From Nitrososphaerota archaeon (GTDB lineage: Archaea; Thermoproteota; Nitrososphaeria; Nitrososphaerales; JACPRH01), in NCBI GenBank assembly GCA_016190055.1, contig JACPRH010000017.1:6601-70600 (forward strand): DNA of 64,000 bases. The letters are read 5' to 3'. Position 1 is the stretch's first letter. Each line of letters begins with the position of its first letter. Made by a program: the position numbers and the translations under genes. The notes under the pieces are model-generated. The model was not told the DNA's origin and did not search any database. It saw only the letters and a list, made by a program, of their open reading frames with translations. Below, in pieces: positions 57,067-64,000 of this stretch.

Positions 57067-57744
57067 ATGGGGCTTCTCCAAGAATCACTGCAGATCGCTA
57101 GACGTGACCTACTCATCGAGTCGAGACGCGCCTACGAAATCTTGTCAACCATCTTCTTCACCGTAAGCGCGGTTATACTGATCAGTATCTCATGGGGAGC
57201 ACCCATCTCAATCACAATCGAAGAAGGCGCAGCAGCACTCTGGATCATCATCTTCTTCACCAGCATCCTCTCATTCACAACATCCTTCGCTAGAGAAATG
57301 GATCGAGGCACCATCGGAGGCTTACGAACCATTCCATGCACACCCTTCGCAATTCTACTGGGCAAAGTCATCTATACAATCGTGCTTCTACTCCTAGTAC
57401 TAGTAGTTCTAACCCCGATGTCAATCGTCTTCCTGAACATCCAGCCCACCGCAAAAATATTCGAACTCCTACTAGTACTGGTTGTGGGAATAGTCAATCT
57501 AGCCTTCGCAGGCTCAGTCGTCTCAAGCATCGTAATGTACTCAGAAGGAAAAACACTGCTACTACCCTTCCTCCTCTTCCCAGTCTCAATGCCAATCTTC
57601 GTCCCAGCACTCCTCGCCAGCGAAAAAGTCCTAAGAGGCCTACCCTTCACAGACTACTCAGCTGAGCTAAGACTTCTAGGAGCATTCCTAATACTAGTAA
57701 TCATGATATCAGTCTTCGCATTCGAAGCAATCCTAGAAGAATAA
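57067..57744 (+). CDS. ccmB: Heme exporter permease CcmB
   Basis: DLLIE.R, FARE.DRGT, ILLGK, LLP.LLFP. Confidence 0.85.
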   Translation: MGLLQESLQIARRDLLIESRRAYEILSTIFFTVSAVILISISWGAPISITIEEGAAALWIIIFFTSILSFTTSFAREMDRGTIGGLRTIPCTPFAILLGKVIYTIVLLLLVLVVLTPMSIVFLNIQPTAKIFELLLVLVVGIVNLAFAGSVVSSIVMYSEGKTLLLPFLLFPVSMPIFVPALLASEKVLRGLPFTDYSAELRLLGAFLILVIMISVFAFEAILEE

Positions 57745-57860
57745 AAAATGCTCACCGTCACACCTATACCGAATCCGCTGATAACAAGCCAACCAGCAAT
57801 GTACATCCTGCAACACCAAGCAACACTACAAGCAGTTCCAACATAGAATTAAATGAAAAA

Positions 57861-58019
57861 CTTCGGGGATAATCTTGCAGCCAGAACCAATGCTTTCAAC
57901 AAGCACTGCAAACACAGAGCTACGCATCAAGCAGATCCATTAGAACAACAGTTCAATTTATACGCACATTTCATTAGTATATAGAGCCTCCCTCTTTTAT
58001 TGGCAGCACGCGTGCGTGC
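57861..58019 (+). repeat. Dispersed ~170-bp repeat, copy B (overlaps a 43-aa ORF at 57853-57984)
   Basis: Colinear with 10139-10307. Confidence 0.75.
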
Positions 58020-58111
58020 GCGAAGAGGGAAACTGGCGTTCAAACTAGACAGATAGAAGAGTTCTAACTAGTTCCAACAGTATGAGACGATTACTTTGCC
58101 GGTGAGTTTGC

Positions 58112-58741
58112 CTACTCTTCTTCTTTAGCTTGTTTGGACTTGGTCTTTGAAGCCTTGCGTTTGTCCTTCAACATATCGTCGTACTTCTTTCCTGCGAGCC
58201 TCTCTTTCAGGATATCGTCGTACTTCTTTGTGACTGGGGTTTCAGCACTACTCTTATCGATGTTTATTTGTTGCAGTAGCTCTTCCTCATTCAGCGCAAG
58301 GACTTCGTCAGGATCAATGCGCCAATTGACGTTGCTTCGCCTCCTAGCTACAAGGGCGATCACTATGATACCTACAATGCCTCCGGCGGCTGGATACCAC
58401 CAGAGGGCCAGAGTGAAACCCTCAGCCCTAGGAGTAGCAAGCATGGTGTTCCCGTATTTACCCGTCATGGTGTCTATGATTTCGTCGCGATTCATTCCTT
58501 TGCTGATGTACCCGGCTAACTCAACCTTCAGGCTTTTAGCCACATCACAGGTCATCTGGCTTTCACAGGTCGCGAGAACATAGTTACATCCACAGGTGCA
58601 GAAAAAGTCCTTCGCCATTGTGTCGAGAACTGGTGTTCCCTGAGCGTGAGCCATAGGCATAGCCAGAGACATGGTGAAGAGTGAGATGAATGGGAGGACA
58701 AATATGATGAAGATGATTCCTGTAGCCTTAACCTTGTTCAA
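58112..58741 (-). CDS. ccmH: CcmH-like cytochrome c biogenesis protein
   Basis: FCTCGC...C...C, GM..DEII..M..KYG..LATP, W.P-TM. Confidence 0.75.
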   Translation of the reverse strand: MNKVKATGIIFIIFVLPFISLFTMSLAMPMAHAQGTPVLDTMAKDFFCTCGCNYVLATCESQMTCDVAKSLKVELAGYISKGMNRDEIIDTMTGKYGNTMLATPRAEGFTLALWWYPAAGGIVGIIVIALVARRRSNVNWRIDPDEVLALNEEELLQQINIDKSSAETPVTKKYDDILKERLAGKKYDDMLKDKRKASKTKSKQAKEEE

Positions 58742-60665
58742 GTTTAGCTCCTCCGATTTTCCTAGGAAGCAGGCAGACTAGGACTCCGACAAAGGTGATT
58801 GCGAAGCCGTACCATACGAAGCTGATTAATGGGTTATAATTAATAGTTACGGTTGCAGAGCTCTGATCTACCGCGTCAGGAATAACGTACACATCCTGGA
58901 ATGGAAGGCTCAACACACCTACGTGAACTATCATAGATTCAGTCTTGCTACTATTGGTTAACTTCGCCGTTAACTGATCTTTGAAGCTGCCATCGCTTAC
59001 AAGCAGGTTCACACCGTACTCAGTTTGAGTTGTATCCTGTGTAACGGTCATCCCATTGAAGGTGAAGGTGTACTCACCGACAGTTGTAGGTGTATCCTTC
59101 TGAAGCGTAACTGAGTGAGTTGTCTCGTAGAAGTTTGTTCCGAGCAGCCCAATGAAGATTATGATCATGCTGAAGTGAACGATGTAGCCGCCATATCGTC
59201 GGCGTCTAACCAGAATTAGATGACCCATCGAGCGGAAGAAACCTACTTTTGTCTTACCAGCATAATTCTTCGCGTCAACCAGATAGTCTTCGACGTGTAA
59301 TGCTACTGCGAAGACAGCTACAACGAAGCCTGTCAAAGAGGCGGGATTAGTGAAACCGAGGAAATACATCACCGGCAGAGTAGCTACGCCAGCTATCAAT
59401 GGGAACCTCAGTTTACGAACTAGATCATCGGTGCTGGTTGCGCCCCAGCGTAGAATGATGCAGACCCCCATCAGCGCAGCTAATGAGAGGATTATCCACG
59501 GGGCGATCGCGCTGTAAAACCCTGGGCCTACGCTCATCTTGCTGTGCGTCACAGCCTCGTTAATCATCGGGAAGAGTGTTCCCCACACAACCGTTAAGCC
59601 CATTACGACGAAGAGCAGGTTGTTGAATAGAAATGATGCTTCCCTGCCGGTAGCGGACTGGAATACATTCATACTCTTCACCTGATCGAATTTGAACGCG
59701 AGTATTCCCAGAGAAACCGCCAGTATTATGCCGAGATACGCTGTGAAGATGGGGCCAATACCTGACTCCCCGAAGGAGTGAACTGAGGAGATGAGGCCGC
59801 TACGCGTTAGGAAGGTTGCTAGAATGACTGTCGCAAAGGTGCCGATGCTAAGTAGAACGTTCCAGAGCTTCATAGCCCTTCTGCTCTCTTGAAGCATCAC
59901 GCTGTGCAGAAGAGCAGTCGCTAACAGCCAAGGCACCAGAGAGGAGTTCTCAACCGGATCCCACGCCCAGTAGCCACCCCAGCCTAACACGGTGTAAGAC
60001 CACCATCCGCCCAAGAAGATACCGAAGCCGAGGAAGAGCCAAGAGAAAATCATCCACTTCCTCACTCTGAAAATCCACAGCTCGCTTTCCGCAAGAAGTC
60101 CTGCTAGAGCGAAGGCGAACGGAATTGTGAAGCCCGCATACCCGATGAAGAGAGTAGGCGGATGGAAGAGCATTCCTGGATTAACCAGCAGCGGGTTCAG
60201 ACCGTTACCATCAAATGGCGTGAACGTGAGCCGTGTGAACGGGTTATTGATAGTAACGAGTAGGGATAGGAAGAAGATGTTTATTGTTAATAGTATACCT
60301 AAGGCGTAACCGGTTAACCGGTCCTTCCGCTCCCTGAGTGCAATAGCAGTCATAAACAGAGATAGAAGCCACGCCCAGAGTAGAAGCGAGCCTGATGCAC
60401 CACCCCATAACGCGCTGATCGTGTATTCTAGTGAGAGACTTCGCTCAGAATATAGAGCCACATACTCTACGTTAAAGTCGTGTATCAGGAAGTAGTAAAG
60501 CAGAAGCGAGATTGCGGCAGTAAGCAGTACAGTCTGGATGACAAGTGCTATCCGGGCGAAGCCGTACTGCGACTCATCCTGCTTTCTAAGATAGAGGACG
60601 AATGAGACAAACGATATAGCCGAAGCTATTAGCGCGACTGCTAGAGCTGAATAACCGATATCCAA
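58728..60665 (-). CDS. ccmF: Heme lyase CcmF
   Basis: GSLLLW, GLNPLL, HPP, LGWGGYWAWDPVENSS, SVHSF. Confidence 0.95.
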   Translation of the reverse strand: MDIGYSALAVALIASAISFVSFVLYLRKQDESQYGFARIALVIQTVLLTAAISLLLYYFLIHDFNVEYVALYSERSLSLEYTISALWGGASGSLLLWAWLLSLFMTAIALRERKDRLTGYALGILLTINIFFLSLLVTINNPFTRLTFTPFDGNGLNPLLVNPGMLFHPPTLFIGYAGFTIPFAFALAGLLAESELWIFRVRKWMIFSWLFLGFGIFLGGWWSYTVLGWGGYWAWDPVENSSLVPWLLATALLHSVMLQESRRAMKLWNVLLSIGTFATVILATFLTRSGLISSVHSFGESGIGPIFTAYLGIILAVSLGILAFKFDQVKSMNVFQSATGREASFLFNNLLFVVMGLTVVWGTLFPMINEAVTHSKMSVGPGFYSAIAPWIILSLAALMGVCIILRWGATSTDDLVRKLRFPLIAGVATLPVMYFLGFTNPASLTGFVVAVFAVALHVEDYLVDAKNYAGKTKVGFFRSMGHLILVRRRRYGGYIVHFSMIIIFIGLLGTNFYETTHSVTLQKDTPTTVGEYTFTFNGMTVTQDTTQTEYGVNLLVSDGSFKDQLTAKLTNSSKTESMIVHVGVLSLPFQDVYVIPDAVDQSSATVTINYNPLISFVWYGFAITFVGVLVCLLPRKIGGAKLEQG

Positions 60666-60668
60666 GAG

Positions 60669-61067
60669 TTAACCCTCCTTCGCGGCAGCCTCATACTTTG
60701 ATGGACATTTTACCAAGATTTTTTCTGCCTGAATGACGCCGCCCTTGTACACACCTATAGCTACTACTTCCGTGGAGTTCTGAAGATTATTGACGATCCC
60801 ACGGTATTGTACGGTCACAGTGTTGTTTCCATCAGTTAAATCGAACGTCAAGATGTTTGTGTTTCGATTGTAGTTGATTGTGTCCATTACTGCTTGTCCG
60901 TAGACTTGGATGTTACGCTGAGTCATGTTGCCTTGCTTAACTTGGCTTACGCTGACGTAGGGAGAGACGTTTTGGCTGAAGACACCTGAGATCAGCACAA
61001 TAAAGATAACAGGTAGTGCAACCATCGCCAGAAGCTTAACTTTGTTCATCTGCTTAATCTTGCTCAT
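60669..61067 (-). CDS. ccmE: Heme chaperone CcmE, CxxxY type
   Basis: LVKCPSKY. Confidence 0.9.
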   Translation of the reverse strand: MSKIKQMNKVKLLAMVALPVIFIVLISGVFSQNVSPYVSVSQVKQGNMTQRNIQVYGQAVMDTINYNRNTNILTFDLTDGNNTVTVQYRGIVNNLQNSTEVVAIGVYKGGVIQAEKILVKCPSKYEAAAKEG

Positions 61068-62295
61068 CCTTCGCCGCGTCCTCCTCTACAGTCTCTTCAG
61101 TCTCCGCCTTTTCCTTCGCCTTCCCCTTCCCCTTAGCTTTTGGCTTGGCTGATGCCTTCACTTTAGCAACCTCTTGGAGCCTAGATTCGACTTTTTCAAG
61201 CCTGCTCTTGTACTTGAGCTTCAGCTTGAGATAGTCGACCTCACTTATCTTTCCTTCCTTATAGTCCTTCTCTAGCTCCGCCATCACGGTGTTAAGCGCC
61301 TCAGCCTCAGACTCTAGTTTCTCAACTGAAACCTTGTTTCCACGGAAACCGTAGACTACTGCGCCGGCGATTAGGGCGAACAGAATGCCCGTCCCCACCC
61401 AAACGATGTTTATTCCGGCCGCTGACTTGTAGCCAGTGAGTGAGATTGCGAAACCTTCTCCGGCGTAGACGCTCGCAGCGCTGTACGCATCATATGTCTG
61501 CCCCTGAATCTCGACTGGACCTTCGCTAAAAAGAGTCCGATTCGAGCCTGGAACCGCGCTAAAATCATTACCAGCTAGTACCGTGACGACCGCGAAACCA
61601 GTATCATAGTACTCACGTTTCGAAAGCTCGTATTGATCTGAGTCTGGGCTGATCTCGTATTTGAGGTCAAGCACCTGTGTTCCATTAGGAAAAACAGGTT
61701 CAGGTATTGTGAAGAAGAAGCCAAAGTCAGCCTTCGTCATACAGCAGCTGTGCGAGCTCCTGAAGTTCTTGAAGCCCGCAGGCATAGAGACCTTCAGTTC
61801 AGTTCCATTCTGCACCTTATCTCCAACGTTAACGTACTCAATGTACTCAGTTACGTTTATGCTGTTATCACCTTTGCTGATAGCTACGTGGTGGAACGAT
61901 ATCATAATGTTCTCATCAGAAGTAGCCCGCTCAAAGACCCTTATGTTGACCTGCTGCTGCGGGTCCTGAGTAGCGTTAACTTGAGTAGTGTAAGGAATAT
62001 CTTTGTAGGTTAGAACAATGGTGTGAGGCTGGTTCAATACAACACCGGTGAATGAGAACGAGGCGGTGTTAACGGTCTTATTCTCCAAATAATGCGCTGT
62101 AGCATCAAGAAGGCTGGCGGTCATTGTGGAGCTGCCGTCATACCCTTGGACTGAAACATCTATCTTGCCCGTCTGCTGTGCGAAAGCTACCTCTAAAAAT
62201 GGGGTAAAAGAAAGGATAAGCACGCTTATCAGCAGAATAGACATTGTTTTTGAACGAATATTTGATTTACAATTTTGATTTACCATAATTAACAT
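61054..62295 (-). CDS. Membrane-anchored ccm-associated protein (beta-rich ectodomain, CcmI-like C-terminal helix)
   Basis: Signal peptide, TM, ELEKDYKEGKISEVDY..LK..Y; first gene of the ccmEFH operon. Confidence 0.55.
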   Translation of the reverse strand: MLIMVNQNCKSNIRSKTMSILLISVLILSFTPFLEVAFAQQTGKIDVSVQGYDGSSTMTASLLDATAHYLENKTVNTASFSFTGVVLNQPHTIVLTYKDIPYTTQVNATQDPQQQVNIRVFERATSDENIMISFHHVAISKGDNSINVTEYIEYVNVGDKVQNGTELKVSMPAGFKNFRSSHSCCMTKADFGFFFTIPEPVFPNGTQVLDLKYEISPDSDQYELSKREYYDTGFAVVTVLAGNDFSAVPGSNRTLFSEGPVEIQGQTYDAYSAASVYAGEGFAISLTGYKSAAGINIVWVGTGILFALIAGAVVYGFRGNKVSVEKLESEAEALNTVMAELEKDYKEGKISEVDYLKLKLKYKSRLEKVESRLQEVAKVKASAKPKAKGKGKAKEKAETEETVEEDAAKDEQD

Positions 62296-62506
62296 ACCTC
62301 ACTAATTGTCCGGCTCTTCCTTAAAGTACTCCCGTGTTATAGCATTATCCGATATATGATCGCACTATATACTTTTCGATTTTAGTTTGGAAAACACCGA
62401 TCAGGGCGATAAAATAAGTAATAACAGTAAATAGAGGTATCATCTAAATGTACTTACCGCTTATAGGTGTCTCGCACTAAAATAAATTATTCCGCGAGGC
62501 CTAATA

Positions 62507-63580
62507 ATGGGAGAAGTAAGAAAAATTCAACAAGTCGGCCATTCTACACTCGTTGTAACAATCCCAAAGAAGTGGGCCAATGAGATGAATCTGCGGGCAG
62601 GACAACAGGTAAGCCTCGAAAGAGAGATAGACGGCTCAATCAGAATATACACAAGAGAGGTTGTAAAGAAGGGGACATCCACCTGCAACATCAATGTAGA
62701 AGAATTTAACGCTACAGAAATGCTTGTCAGAGCACTGATAGGCATCTACCTCTCAGGACGAAACACGATTAGAGTCTACTCGGAAAAAGGTATTGAACCG
62801 CACTACACCGATCAAATCCGATGCGTCACCCAGAGCTTAACTGGACTAGGCATAATTGAACAAACCTCGAACGAAGTGATCATTCACGATATACTTGACT
62901 CCACGAAATTCCCGTTTGAAAATTTAATCCGACACATGTTCAAAATCATCTCCTTCATCGAGGAGATTCTCGCTAAGACCATCGACGAGGTTGACAACAG
63001 GTTAGCCGGAGAAATCACTAACCTAGAGGTTGAGATTGATCGAGTATACTGGCTGGCTGTGAGACAACTCCTACTCGTTGTGCGAGACAGCACAGTCGGA
63101 GAGAAGATAGGAATACCTTCACTATCAGACGCGGTCGGCTACACCATAGTAGTAAAGTGCCTCGAAGAGATCGCGGATCATTACGACGATATAGGGAGAA
63201 CCATATCAAGCGCGATTGACAACGGTCTTGAAGCCAAGAACAAGAACCTGAAGGAGGTTAAGCGGCATTTCACCCAGTTATACGGGATGGGCGACGAGGT
63301 GCTGCAGACTCTTCTAGCTAAAGACGGCTTCCGCGCTAACGATACGATAAACACAATAGAGAACATTCTGAAGGAGATGAACGACACCTCAAAGAGACTT
63401 TTGCAGCAGAAAAACAAGGAAGAATATGATATCGAGCTCAACTCGGTTCTCCTAAACCTAATACAAATAGCGCGGCAAAACCGCAACATCTTAGAAACTG
63501 TCATAAACCAGTGCATGAACGGTTTCCAAGATACCCGTGACTCGAAACCAAGCGACAAACGCGAACTCGTCGAAGCATAG
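62507..63580 (+). CDS. AbrB-PhoU family (archaeal phosphate uptake regulator-like)
   Basis: RKIQQVGHSTLVVTIPKKWA, EIDRVY...RQL, LEEIADH. Confidence 0.85.
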   Translation: MGEVRKIQQVGHSTLVVTIPKKWANEMNLRAGQQVSLEREIDGSIRIYTREVVKKGTSTCNINVEEFNATEMLVRALIGIYLSGRNTIRVYSEKGIEPHYTDQIRCVTQSLTGLGIIEQTSNEVIIHDILDSTKFPFENLIRHMFKIISFIEEILAKTIDEVDNRLAGEITNLEVEIDRVYWLAVRQLLLVVRDSTVGEKIGIPSLSDAVGYTIVVKCLEEIADHYDDIGRTISSAIDNGLEAKNKNLKEVKRHFTQLYGMGDEVLQTLLAKDGFRANDTINTIENILKEMNDTSKRLLQQKNKEEYDIELNSVLLNLIQIARQNRNILETVINQCMNGFQDTRDSKPSDKRELVEA

Positions 63581-63660
63581 CCACAGCCAACCAGCAACGC
63601 ATCTAGCCGTATTGGTGACTATCCCAGACGTTTTGAGAAGGAGAAGGAAGTAGAAAACAG

Positions 63661-64000
63661 ATGCTGATAGACCTTTTCCTAAAGGGCCAAAAAACGCTTG
63701 TAGTAGGCGGAGGCAACGTAGGTGAGAGAAAGACACTGCAGCTCCTCGACGCTGGAGCCGAAGTTACGGTTGTCAGCAAGGAGTTCACTGAGAAGCTTAT
63801 CGAGCTAAGCAGAGCTGGAGAAATCAAGATAGAGAAGATTGATGTTGAGAAGGGATTATCAGCCACCCGAATCGGCTTCGCTCCAAAGGTTGTGATAGTT
63901 TCACTTGACAATCAGCTGCTTAATCGGAAGGTGGCGAAGGATGCTAAGGCTAACGGCGCGCTTGTCTGCGTGGTTGACGATCCCGCTGCCAGCGACTTTG
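63661..64000 (+). CDS. Precorrin-2 dehydrogenase (SirC/CysG N-terminal-like), runs off window
   Basis: MLIDLFLKGQKTLVVGGGNVGERK...LLDAGAEVTVVS...VCVVDDPAASDF. Confidence 0.85.
   Translation, partial: MLIDLFLKGQKTLVVGGGNVGERKTLQLLDAGAEVTVVSKEFTEKLIELSRAGEIKIEKIDVEKGLSATRIGFAPKVVIVSLDNQLLNRKVAKDAKANGALVCVVDDPAASDF

Overview
Archaeal chromosomal window, probably a TACK-group archaeon related to Nitrososphaerota. This is inferred from the Csl4, uL16/L10e, eL21, Rpo4, Pus10, SRP54, Dph2/Dph6 and PAC2 genes and from leaderless TATA-box promoters. It has three zones. (1) 1-25.5 kb, accessory: four paralogous secreted, Thr-stalked, membrane-anchored PQQ-dehydrogenase-like proteins plus a beta-propeller protein with the same C-terminal anchor. 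It also holds a gluconate-2-dehydrogenase-like GMC pair, many intact or decaying toxin-antitoxin modules and a DDE transposase remnant. (2) 25.6-42.8 kb, mostly core translation and RNA-modification genes, with more TA modules and a fluoride riboswitch-fluC unit. (3) 42.9-64 kb, a respiratory island: CcdA/TlpA, a hexaheme cytochrome-NrfC-NrfD set, a 12-heme cytochrome, a polyferredoxin, a split b6-like cytochrome b with Rieske protein and a Met-less c-type cytochrome, a complete Ccm system, and the start of a sirC-like gene. The most striking unexplained signal is a ~85-90 nt non-coding element with compensatory base changes supporting two stems and a pseudoknot. It occurs three times, each just 3' of a PQQ-dehydrogenase gene terminator. 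Some of these genes also share a conserved promoter box, a conserved terminator hairpin and a conserved C-terminal sorting-like motif. All family assignments are by eye from motifs; no searches were run.
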